Shown here piece after piece: positions 1-8,443 of a stretch of 64,000 nucleotides of DNA (positions within the stretch are counted from its first letter, which is position 1; each line of letters begins with the position of its first letter). Both the position numbers and the translations under genes were made by a program. This stretch comes from an uncultured Candidatus Saccharibacteria bacterium (lineage in GTDB: Bacteria > Patescibacteriota > Dojkabacteria > SC72), in assembly GCA_964351475.1 (NCBI GenBank), contig CAYGOB010000001.1, positions 4,459 to 68,458 of the forward strand. The letters run 5' to 3'. The notes under the pieces were generated by a model that was not told the origin of the DNA, ran no database searches, and saw only the letters and a program-made list of their open reading frames with translations.

Positions 1-2
1 GA

Positions 3-1298
3 TTTACTCTCTATACACCCTTAGGTGGAGGTACTGGGGTAGATGGCACCAATGAGGTTTACCTCATAGATATGAAAGGAAATGTAGTACATACATGGAC
101 GGTAGAGCATGCTCCAGGTCTTTACGGCTTCTTACTACCTAATGGGAATCTTTTGTATGGTGGAAATACTCGAGAATTACAACCAACACCAGGAGGTGGT
201 GGAGGTGGAACAATTCAGGAAATAGATTGGGATAGTAATGTAGTTTGGGAGTATACAGGTACTGAGATAAGTAAATATATGCATCATGACTTTGACAAAC
301 TTCCTAATGGAAATATTCTTGTTTTAGTATGGGAAGAGATGAGACCTGAGAATATGGACAGGGTAAAAGGTGGTTTAGAGGGAGAAGAGTTTGTAGATCC
401 TGAAACTGGTGAAAAGAAGATATGGTCTGATGCAATATATGAAATAGATTATGAAACAAAAGAAATAGTTTGGCAGTGGCATGCGGAAGAGGAATTGGTA
501 ATAGAAGATTACCCTTTGTCCCCATTAAATAATAGACATGAGTGGACACATGCAAATTCTGTTGTATATCTTCCGGAAGGGAATCCTTACAATGGTAAAC
601 CTGCTGTTATGACAATGTTTAGACAGCCTGATTTAGTAATAATAATCGACTATGCTACAAAAGATCTGTTATGGGAATGGGGCCCTGGTGAAATAAAGGT
701 ACCACATGACCCTACATTGCTTGACAATGGAAACATACTTCTCTTTGACAACGGTATGCAAAAACCAGACACCATGAGAAGTGGTATACCAGCATCTAGA
801 GTTCTAGAGGTTAACCCTAATACAAATGAAATAGAGTGGGAATACACAGGAGATGGTCTTAGAGGTTTTAGATTTTTCTCAGGAGTTATTAGTGGGGCTC
901 AGAGATTACCAAATGGCAACACCCTAATCTGTGAAGGAGTACCAGGGAGAATCTTTGAGGTAACAAGGGGTGAGAAGATAGAGTACGGTGAAGATACACC
1001 TGACGCTATGAGGGACCAACTATTTGATAATGAAATCGTATGGGAATATCACAATCCATTCTACAGTCCTAACCAAGTAGAAAATGCTGTTTTCAGAGCA
1101 TACAGATACGATATAGATGATATTGATTGGCCTGTTGATATGCCAGACCCTAATCCACAAGAGAGTACTGAAGAAACAGAGGGTATTTCTCTGCTAGATG
1201 AGGAAAACAGAACTCTACTCTTGGTTGGTGCTATTGCAGGATTAAGTGTGCTACTAAATGTCTACCTTTTACTAAACAAGAAGAAAAATGAAAAGTAA
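3..1298 (+). CDS. Arylsulfotransferase (ASST)-like beta-propeller protein, 5' partial. C-terminal TM anchor.
   Basis: The frame is open to the window edge upstream of the M at 72. Recurring PNGN/DNGN/LPNGN propeller motifs (LPNGNILVL, LDNGNILLFDNG, LPNGNTLICEG) are typical of the ASST family. C-terminal hydrophobic helix LLLVGAIAGLSVLLNVYLLL plus a KKKNEK tail. Confidence 0.6.
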   Translation, partial: FTLYTPLGGGTGVDGTNEVYLIDMKGNVVHTWTVEHAPGLYGFLLPNGNLLYGGNTRELQPTPGGGGGGTIQEIDWDSNVVWEYTGTEISKYMHHDFDKLPNGNILVLVWEEMRPENMDRVKGGLEGEEFVDPETGEKKIWSDAIYEIDYETKEIVWQWHAEEELVIEDYPLSPLNNRHEWTHANSVVYLPEGNPYNGKPAVMTMFRQPDLVIIIDYATKDLLWEWGPGEIKVPHDPTLLDNGNILLFDNGMQKPDTMRSGIPASRVLEVNPNTNEIEWEYTGDGLRGFRFFSGVISGAQRLPNGNTLICEGVPGRIFEVTRGEKIEYGEDTPDAMRDQLFDNEIVWEYHNPFYSPNQVENAVFRAYRYDIDDIDWPVDMPDPNPQESTEETEGISLLDEENRTLLLVGAIAGLSVLLNVYLLLNKKKNEK

Positions 1299-1785
1299 TA
1301 AATGGTTAATAATAGTAGGGATTGTTGTTCTCATTTGTTCTTCAGTTGGTCTGTACTGGTATTTCTCAGGCAATCCATTCTCTCAGAAAACAATCAATAT
1401 ATATATGTTTTACTCTGAGGATGACAGACAAAGTAGTCGTGCTAGGGCATTTGTAGAAAACTATGTAGATAAGCATGAAAATGTAGAGCTAATCAAATAT
1501 GACGTTTGGAAAGATCCTGAGGCAAGAGAAATAATAGACACATTAGATAAAAGAGTTGATATACAGGGCTGTGGAATTCCGCTTGTTATTGTTGGGGAAA
1601 AGGGTGTCATAGGTTATCTCTCCGATGGGGTGAGTGGAAAGAAGATTATTGATATAATAGAGAGTTGTGGCAATGACTGTTATATGGAATTAGACGACAT
1701 TGAAAAGCTAGACCTTGAATACGAACCATCCGTTGCCCCAATAAACCGACCAGAGGATGAAAACAAAGGAGCAGATGTATGCTAA
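1288..1785 (+). CDS. Membrane-anchored thioredoxin/glutaredoxin-fold protein with no canonical CxxC.
   Basis: N-terminal TM helix. Grx-like beta-alpha-beta layout (INIYMFYSE...VELIKYDV...GIPLVIVGEKGVIGY). Cysteines present as CGIP and CGNDC. Overlaps the stop of the ASST-like gene by 11 bp. Confidence 0.4.
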   Translation: MKSNKWLIIVGIVVLICSSVGLYWYFSGNPFSQKTINIYMFYSEDDRQSSRARAFVENYVDKHENVELIKYDVWKDPEAREIIDTLDKRVDIQGCGIPLVIVGEKGVIGYLSDGVSGKKIIDIIESCGNDCYMELDDIEKLDLEYEPSVAPINRPEDENKGADVC

Positions 1786-2467
1786 AAAAATCTTAATAAT
1801 TGAAGATGATAAGGATATATCGGAGTTGATAAAACTGTACTTATCAAAAGAGGGATATATCTGTTTTCAAAATTATACGGGACAAGGAGTATTAGAAAGT
1901 ATTGTAAAAGAATCCATAGACCTAATTATCCTAGATATTATGCTCCCTACTTCTAATGGGATTGAAATAGCAAAGGAGATTCGTAAAGAGTTTTCCACAC
2001 CAATAATATTTGTAACTGCAAGACAGGAAGACGACGATAAAATAACAGGACTTCAAATAGGGGGTGATGACTATATTACAAAGCCTTTTAACCCAAGAGA
2101 ATTAACAGAAAGAGTAAATTCAATATTTAGAAGGTTAGAGAACAAATACAGAGAATTAGGCTCTATGAATCTTTCTTTAGATTTAGATAAAAAGCTCGTT
2201 AAGATAAATGGTAAGAAAATTGCTCTACCACATAAAGAATTTAAACTGTTCTCTATTCTTTTTACAAATCCTAACAGAGTATTCTCAAGAGAACAGTTGA
2301 TTGAAAGAGTATACATAGATTCTGGAGAGGAAGTTTTTGACAGAGCTATAGATGTCCTTGTCTCTAGATTAAGAAAAGAAATATCAGATGAAAAAGGTGA
2401 GATAATTAAAACAGTAAGAGGTTTAGGATATAAGTTTGTGGATGAAAAAGATGAAGATAAAGTTTAA
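1757..2467 (+). CDS. OmpR/PhoB-family response regulator (receiver plus winged-helix domain).
   Basis: KILIIEDDKDISELI, LDIMLP (phospho-acceptor Asp region), DDYITKPFNPRELTERV, C-terminal RGLGYKF winged-helix signature. Confidence 0.9.
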   Translation: MKTKEQMYAKKILIIEDDKDISELIKLYLSKEGYICFQNYTGQGVLESIVKESIDLIILDIMLPTSNGIEIAKEIRKEFSTPIIFVTARQEDDDKITGLQIGGDDYITKPFNPRELTERVNSIFRRLENKYRELGSMNLSLDLDKKLVKINGKKIALPHKEFKLFSILFTNPNRVFSREQLIERVYIDSGEEVFDRAIDVLVSRLRKEISDEKGEIIKTVRGLGYKFVDEKDEDKV

Positions 2468-3548
2468 TATAAAAATAATAGCAGCATTGCTTGTAACTGT
2501 GGTGTTAACAATTGCTGTAATAAGTGTTTTAAGTAACTACTACATAAGAGAAAACTTCTCCATATTCTGTGAACATTATGGTCATGAAATACCACAATGT
2601 TTAAGAGATAGTGCAGGGCAAAGTTTTTTGAAATCTATCCAACAATCTCTTCTTGTAGCAGGAGCAATAGGTATACTGTTTTCATTTTTACTTGGAACTT
2701 TCATAACTAAAATTCTTTTAAAACCTATTAAAGAAATAATTAAGGTTAGTTCTAGTTTTTCTTCAGGAAAATATTCAGAGAGAATTAATATTAAGACTAA
2801 TGACGAGTTTTCTGATTTAATAGAGGTGGAGAACAAGCTTTTTGAGAATGTAGAAAACCAAGAGATATTAAGAAAGGATTTAGTTGCAAATTTCTCTCAT
2901 GAGATAGCTACTCCTTTAACAAATATCTACGGATATATTCAAGCATTACAGGAGGGGGTAATAAAGGGGGACAAGGAGAAAGAGAGAGTATTAAGTCTCA
3001 TAAAAAGAGAAACAGAGAGATTGATAAAACTTTCTAATGAGACAAAGAATCTAGCACTTCTAGAATCTGACAATGCTCAATATAATATTACAGAAGTTAA
3101 TCTAAGTAATTTAATTGAAGATGTAGTAGATCTGTTTAAACAAGGGGCTGACAGAAGGGATGTTAAGATTAAAGTAGAGAGAAAAGATTCAAGAGCCTCA
3201 AATATCTTAGTAAGGGTTGATAGTGATAAAATTAAACAAGCAATTGGTAATATTTTAGATAATGCTATTAGGTATTCGCCTAAAAACTCGGTTGTTAAAA
3301 TAGGTGTTAAGTTAGAATCTGATTTTGTATTCATTAGTATAAAGGATGAGGGTGTGGGGATAGCCAAGGAGGAGCTTAAGAATGTTTTTGAGAGGTTTTA
3401 TAAAATTAGGTCTTCTAAAACAAAGAGTGAGGGTACAGGTATAGGTTTAACAATTGCAAAAAAGATAATAGAGGCACATGAAGGAGATATAGATATAATA
3501 AGTAAGAAAGGAGAGGGTACAACTGTTAAGATACAGTTACCAATTTAG
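2436..3548 (+). CDS. Sensor histidine kinase (HisKA plus HATPase_c).
   Basis: Two N-terminal TM segments. H-box FSHEIATPLTNI. G-boxes GTGIGLTIAKKIIEAHEGDI. Overlaps the response regulator 3' end, operon-style. Confidence 0.9.
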   Translation: MWMKKMKIKFNIKIIAALLVTVVLTIAVISVLSNYYIRENFSIFCEHYGHEIPQCLRDSAGQSFLKSIQQSLLVAGAIGILFSFLLGTFITKILLKPIKEIIKVSSSFSSGKYSERINIKTNDEFSDLIEVENKLFENVENQEILRKDLVANFSHEIATPLTNIYGYIQALQEGVIKGDKEKERVLSLIKRETERLIKLSNETKNLALLESDNAQYNITEVNLSNLIEDVVDLFKQGADRRDVKIKVERKDSRASNILVRVDSDKIKQAIGNILDNAIRYSPKNSVVKIGVKLESDFVFISIKDEGVGIAKEELKNVFERFYKIRSSKTKSEGTGIGLTIAKKIIEAHEGDIDIISKKGEGTTVKIQLPI

Positions 3549-3572
3549 ATAGATAAGTTTGTTAATAGAATT

Positions 3573-4247
3573 ATGACAGAAGGAGTCTTTAAAAAAACAA
3601 TGAGGTTTGTTTTTTCTGTTCCGTCTATCCTTATATTGTTAGCAGTATTATTAATATCATATGTTTTAATATCATCAAGCTTAGAATCTTCATCTGTAAA
3701 ATCTAACCCTGATGTTCTTGCAGGAACGACAATTACTGTAGCAGTTTGTCCAACTTACTATGATTCTGTAAATAATTTAGGAGATGAATATATGGTTGTA
3801 AGAACAGAGAGTACTGCAGAGAGTTTGTTGTTGTTAGATTCTAAGAGGGTAGATTTTGCTATTGGTGGTAGAACACTTATGCCTGAGGAAGAGCATTTAG
3901 AATATACCGTATTGGATGACAAGGAGAGGTTTTCTTTTCTTTTTAAGGAGGGCATTGTAATTATGGAGGAAAAATTAAGGGGTATGGTTGTTTACACAGA
4001 CCAGGATGTTGATTTAATTAAAGAAATTTTTGGTATTACAGATGTAAAAGAGGTAGAGGATGTGTATGAGTATGTACAGGAGTTTGTAGTAATAACTAGT
4101 TGGTATAATACAGATTATAGTAAAGGAAATATTGTTCATTTATTAGATAGTAATGGAAAGAGGAATTATAATTCTAGAATACCTATTCTTTATTACAGGC
4201 AAGAGGGTGATGTAGAAGGGTTTGATTTAACTAGGATTGATATTTAA
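3573..4247 (+). CDS. Hypothetical exported protein downstream of the two-component pair.
   Basis: N-terminal signal anchor (ILILLAVLLISYVLISS). No recognisable catalytic motif. Confidence 0.4.
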   Translation: MTEGVFKKTMRFVFSVPSILILLAVLLISYVLISSSLESSSVKSNPDVLAGTTITVAVCPTYYDSVNNLGDEYMVVRTESTAESLLLLDSKRVDFAIGGRTLMPEEEHLEYTVLDDKERFSFLFKEGIVIMEEKLRGMVVYTDQDVDLIKEIFGITDVKEVEDVYEYVQEFVVITSWYNTDYSKGNIVHLLDSNGKRNYNSRIPILYYRQEGDVEGFDLTRIDI

Positions 4248-4271
4248 ATGAAGGGTTAATTCTAGGGTTAT

Positions 4272-4348
4272 ACAGGTCTATAAGGAACCAGAGGATAATG
4301 GCGGGATAAACACGCCTGGAATCTAAAGGGAGACAAATAAGACAGTAT
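4272..4348 (+). repeat. Interspersed promoter-bearing repeat, copy A.
   Basis: acaggtctataaggaaccagaggataatggcgggataaacacgcctggaatctaaagggagacaaataagacagtat. Lies 44 bp upstream of the tandem-repeat protein gene. Confidence 0.7.
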
Positions 4349-4391
4349 GGGAAAGTATGGAGATGTGTTATGTTTGTGATATAATACCCCT

Positions 4392-5351
4392 ATGGACAAT
4401 CTAGAAATGTTTGAATTTGAAACAAATAATGGAGATCAAGGGAATTTAAGTCTGAATCAGCAGTCTGAAATGACCTCCGAAATAGATTCTTCTTTAGCAT
4501 TTATCACGGAAAGTAAATATATATCCGAGGAAAGAGCTTTGGATGAAATAGAAAATCTTCTTTCAGAGGATAGTAGTAAATATTGGGTTGTAAGTGGATT
4601 GGCAGGTCTAGATTCAGAAAGGGCATGGAGAATCAGGGAGAGAGTTCTTTCAGAAACGGGGAAGAAGGGCCCAGTGGTAGCAGGCTTAGCGGGGCTGGAT
4701 TCAGAGAGAGCTTGGCAGACGAGAGAGAGATTTCTCTCCGAGGGAATTTTCAAAGGTTGGGTTGCTGAAGGTTTGGCAGGTGTTGATTCAGAGAGAGCTT
4801 GGCAGATGAGGGAAAGTATAATGGGAGGAAGCTGGTTAAATAGATATTGGATTTGGGTTGCGGGTGGTCTAGCAGGTTTAGATTCTGATCAAGCGTGGCG
4901 GATGAGAAAAAATCTAATGTCAAGGAGGATAAGTGGATCTTGGATGGCAAAGGGATTAGCAGGGTTGGATTCTAATAGGGCATGGAGGATGCGAAGAGAA
5001 CTTTTACGAAAGGGTGCAGACAAACGCTGGGTGGCCGGTGGTTTGGCAGGTTTGGACTCTGAGAAGGCATGGTGGATGAGAGAGAAGCTTATCGAAGAGG
5101 GAGCAGATAAAGATTGGGTAGCAAGGAGCTTAGCGGGTTTAGATTCAGAGAGAGCCTGGCAGATGAGAGAGAGATTTTTCTCTGAGGGTGTGCGCAAAGA
5201 CTGGATTGCACTTGGCTTGGCAGGATTGAACTCGGATAGGGCGTGGTTGATGCGAGAGAGACTCATCAAAGAGGGAGCAGATAGAGGATGGGTCGCAATG
5301 GGCTTAGTAGGAGAAGGTTCAACATTTGTATGGCAATTAAAGAAGACTTAG
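4392..5351 (+). CDS. Tandem-repeat protein: 8.5 copies of a 29-aa W-x-x-GLAGLDSERAW-x-MRE-x-L unit (87-bp period), probably alpha-solenoid. Family not recognised.
   Basis: Repeats are seen directly (VVSGLAGLDSERAWRIRERVL..., VAGGLAGLDSEKAWWMREKLIEEGADKDW, and so on) from about 4590 to 5351. Antisense ORFs 4457-4753 and 4889-5269 are repeat artefacts. The region is visibly G+C-richer than its flanks. Confidence 0.6.
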   Translation: MDNLEMFEFETNNGDQGNLSLNQQSEMTSEIDSSLAFITESKYISEERALDEIENLLSEDSSKYWVVSGLAGLDSERAWRIRERVLSETGKKGPVVAGLAGLDSERAWQTRERFLSEGIFKGWVAEGLAGVDSERAWQMRESIMGGSWLNRYWIWVAGGLAGLDSDQAWRMRKNLMSRRISGSWMAKGLAGLDSNRAWRMRRELLRKGADKRWVAGGLAGLDSEKAWWMREKLIEEGADKDWVARSLAGLDSERAWQMRERFFSEGVRKDWIALGLAGLNSDRAWLMRERLIKEGADRGWVAMGLVGEGSTFVWQLKKT

Positions 5352-5439
5352 ATGTTTGCGGTAATTGGTTTAACATTTACTTCCCGTAAGGTCCTAAAAT
5401 TCTAATAACAATCCACATAAGCATTCCTGAGTATATTAC

Positions 5440-5515
5440 ACAGGTCTATAAGGAACCAGAGGATGTGGTGGGACATATACGTCTGGAACCTAAAACGAGA
5501 CAAATAAGACAGTAT
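5440..5515 (+). repeat. Interspersed promoter-bearing repeat, copy B (orphan: no downstream + strand gene).
   Basis: acaggtctataaggaaccagaggatgtggtgggacatatacgtctggaacctaaaacgagacaaataagacagtat, followed by aaaaaagggggag. Confidence 0.7.
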
Positions 5516-5658
5516 AAAAAAGGGGGAGATTCTTGTCTAAATAATTCTTGTTTTTTATTATACCTTTATACACAAACACAAAATTCAAAATGTTAACTTT
5601 TTCTTTGCGTTTGATTCCGTCTAAACGGTTGATTTTTGTTATAGAAATTTAAGATACT

Positions 5659-5684
5659 AACCACTAGTAGGTGGTTTTTTAATT
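5659..5684 (+). terminator. Rho-independent terminator-like hairpin plus T-run.
   Basis: aaccactagtaggtggtt (7-bp stem, 4-nt loop) followed by tttttaatttt. Lies 145 bp downstream of repeat copy B and just outside the 3' end of the minus-strand permease gene. Confidence 0.5.
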
Positions 5685-5757
5685 TTAATAACAATATTAT
5701 GAGAAATGAAGGAACATTAAAAATAGTTAAAGAGATATATGCATCGAGAGTACGACC

Positions 5758-7623
5758 CTATTCATATCTTAAAGCATTAAGAGCTGATATCTTTTTAACT
5801 CTTCTAGCTGGGAATATACCAGTAATTAGACCTACAATTAGGGAAATAAGTAGTATTATTAGTACTAGGGAAATAGGAATGTAGGAGACATCAATACCTT
5901 CAAAACCTCTAAATGCTGAGAACATACTTAACAAAAGACTTAGTGATTTTCCACATAACCAACCCAAAATTAAACCTAGTACCCCTCCTATGAGTCCCAT
6001 AATCATAGACTCTGTAAGGAATAATTCAGATACTTCTTCGGCTTTCATTCCCATAGTTTTCATCAAACCAATTTCTCTAGTTCTTTCTAAAAGAGATACA
6101 GTCAAGGTATTAAACATACCTAAAGAAGCTACGGTTAATGCAATCATACCTACTATAGCTAAGATTATTCTAAATGTAGCAAAAAGAGATCTAATTTGTG
6201 ATACTGTATCAACCACGGACCTAGTAATATATCCCATGGACTCAATAGTATTTCTTGTACTTTCTAAATTATCTGTATCATTCACAACCACTCTTAACTG
6301 AGAATAGTTTGATATCCCTAACTGTCTTAAATCTACAAATGGGACATAAAATAATGGTGTAGACTCATCAGGTATTACACCCAAAATAGTATATTCAGTA
6401 GGTACAGACTCAATTTTCTCTATCTCACTTTCTAGTAAATCACCAACTACTACATATGTTACTTCAAATGTTTTACCTAAAGCATCATTTTCTTCCAAAT
6501 TTAACATCTTTAACATAGACCTGTTTACCACAGCCTCTCTTTCTCCATCAGGTAGTGCAACCCTCTTTAACTTGTATGTGGCTCCTGTTTCAAGCTCCTC
6601 TTCTATCTCTACCCAAGGAAGGGCATTTGTAATACCTAAGACATCTACATATCTTGGGACAAGCTCTTTTATTGTAAGCTCCGGAGTATTTTTGACATAC
6701 CCGACTCTTTGTACTTGCCTATTATTCGCCCTCTGCTCCATATATGTACCCTCACTCTCCTCCCACATATAGAATGTACCCTTGATGTAATCAAAATAAT
6801 CCTTCTTTATTAGTTCCCCATAACTTACACCTTCTACTCTTCTTGTATAACCAATTAATTCCTTTTCATCCTCCAAATTGTCATATACCTCTATCCAAAC
6901 TTCAGGGTCAATTTTGTATGACACATCATTTTCACCAACAAACTCAGATACTCCTTTAACCGCATCTGACTCCACTATCTCTACCACAGTATCATTACTC
7001 TCAAACAATTTACCACTTGTAGGTTGTAAAGCAGATTGTTTAAGATAGTCATGAGTTACTCCATACACAGCCATATCAGATACAGAAGATTTGTAATTCA
7101 CTCTCCCAACTACAGATATCAAAGGTAATGCCTGCTCTACATGAGGTAAATCACTTATTTGAGAAATAGTCCTATCATCAATGTTTAATAATCCTCCTGG
7201 TTGTACAGATACATCAGCTTGTCTCATCTCATTTAAACTCGCAACCCTAGTTATTACTAACTCCTGAAGTCCATATCCAATAGAGACTAAGAATACAATT
7301 GCCCCTATACTAACAGATATCCCCCCTATGGTAATAAGGGTTCTTGCTTTCTTAGCATTCATATTATGCAAAGAAAGCCTAATTAGTTCTAACCTTGATA
7401 TTGTCTCCCCATTATTACTATCTAAAAACTTTCTTAAGAACTCATATGCTGGATGAAATATCTCAGAGGCATCTTTTTTAACAATAGATTTAAATATTTT
7501 TGTGTTTAGTAAACTCTCAAAAAGAAAGATTGTAAGATACAAAATTAGAAGGATGATAAAGGATACAGAATGCCAGATACTATTAAGAATCTCTTTTGTT
7601 TTTACTAATACTTTTTCTCTCAT
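5758..7623 (-). CDS. MacB/FtsX-type ABC transporter permease with a large extracytoplasmic domain.
   Basis: C-terminal FtsX signature [34 protein letters not shown]-terminal TM, then a roughly 400-aa periplasmic domain, then 3 C-terminal TM helices. Start overlaps the stop of the upstream ATPase (ATGA). Confidence 0.85.
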   Translation of the reverse strand: MREKVLVKTKEILNSIWHSVSFIILLILYLTIFLFESLLNTKIFKSIVKKDASEIFHPAYEFLRKFLDSNNGETISRLELIRLSLHNMNAKKARTLITIGGISVSIGAIVFLVSIGYGLQELVITRVASLNEMRQADVSVQPGGLLNIDDRTISQISDLPHVEQALPLISVVGRVNYKSSVSDMAVYGVTHDYLKQSALQPTSGKLFESNDTVVEIVESDAVKGVSEFVGENDVSYKIDPEVWIEVYDNLEDEKELIGYTRRVEGVSYGELIKKDYFDYIKGTFYMWEESEGTYMEQRANNRQVQRVGYVKNTPELTIKELVPRYVDVLGITNALPWVEIEEELETGATYKLKRVALPDGEREAVVNRSMLKMLNLEENDALGKTFEVTYVVVGDLLESEIEKIESVPTEYTILGVIPDESTPLFYVPFVDLRQLGISNYSQLRVVVNDTDNLESTRNTIESMGYITRSVVDTVSQIRSLFATFRIILAIVGMIALTVASLGMFNTLTVSLLERTREIGLMKTMGMKAEEVSELFLTESMIMGLIGGVLGLILGWLCGKSLSLLLSMFSAFRGFEGIDVSYIPISLVLIILLISLIVGLITGIFPARRVKKISALNALRYE

Positions 7624-8363
7624 TGTTTAATCTTTCTTAGATTATTCATTACCTCTTTTGTATTTGTTTTTTCATACACCTTAATTATCTTCCCATCAAA
7701 CATACTAACAGTTCTCTTTGCGTATGATACGTACTCAAGATTGTGTGTAACCATAATCACAGTCTTTTTTTGCTTCTTGTTTAATTCTGTTAGTATATTC
7801 ATTAATTCTTCTCCAGATTGGTAATCTAAGTTACCTGTAGGCTCATCAGCAATAATTATCTCTGGATCGTTTACCAATGCTCTTGCAAGAGATACTTTCT
7901 GTTGTTGTCCACTTGATAGTTCTGAAGGTAGGTATTTGGACCAATCTGTCATTCCTAATTTGTCTATTTTTTCTCTAGCAATTTCCATACCTTTAGACCT
8001 TTCTTCTCCTAGTAGTAATAATGGAAAAAGTACATTTTCTTCTACAGGTATAGATTTGATCCAGTTGGTTTGTTGATATACCATACTAATATATTTTTTT
8101 CTTAATTTGTTTCTTTCTTCTTCTGTACTACCGTTGTAGAGGTGTTTACCTTTAAAAAAGATATTTCCTTTTGTTGGTTCTTCTAAGCCTAGTATTATGT
8201 GTAACAGAGTAGATTTACCACATCCTGATGGTCCGAATATTATAATAAAGTCACCATCTTGAATATCCAAAGATATGTCTTTTAATACAGGGATATCTTG
8301 GTCTCCAACGGTAAAGGATTTGTAGAGGTTTTTTATTTCAATTATTGAGTCAGTTTTCATCAT
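7620..8363 (-). CDS. ABC transporter ATP-binding protein (MacB/LolD-like).
   Basis: Walker [10 protein letters not shown]. Signature LSSGQQQKVSLARAL. Walker [13 protein letters not shown]-loop VTHN. Confidence 0.9.
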   Translation of the reverse strand: MMKTDSIIEIKNLYKSFTVGDQDIPVLKDISLDIQDGDFIIIFGPSGCGKSTLLHIILGLEEPTKGNIFFKGKHLYNGSTEEERNKLRKKYISMVYQQTNWIKSIPVEENVLFPLLLLGEERSKGMEIAREKIDKLGMTDWSKYLPSELSSGQQQKVSLARALVNDPEIIIADEPTGNLDYQSGEELMNILTELNKKQKKTVIMVTHNLEYVSYAKRTVSMFDGKIIKVYEKTNTKEVMNNLRKIKQ

Positions 8364-8443
8364 TCTTAATAATATATATGAATTATTGAATTAGGACAAG
8401 ATTTTAGTTTGATATTGTATACATTCTATAATATATTATATCT

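Noticed and set aside
4457-5269. Minus-strand ORFs 4457-4753 and 4889-5269, and + strand ORF 4583-4768.
   Set aside because: These are frame artefacts of the 87-bp periodic repeat gene 4392-5351. Their repetitive LSESKPAKP-type translations mirror the sense-strand repeats.
5699-5884. 61-aa + strand ORF.
   Set aside because: It overlaps the 3' end of the minus-strand FtsX permease gene and has no motif or RBS. It is probably spurious.
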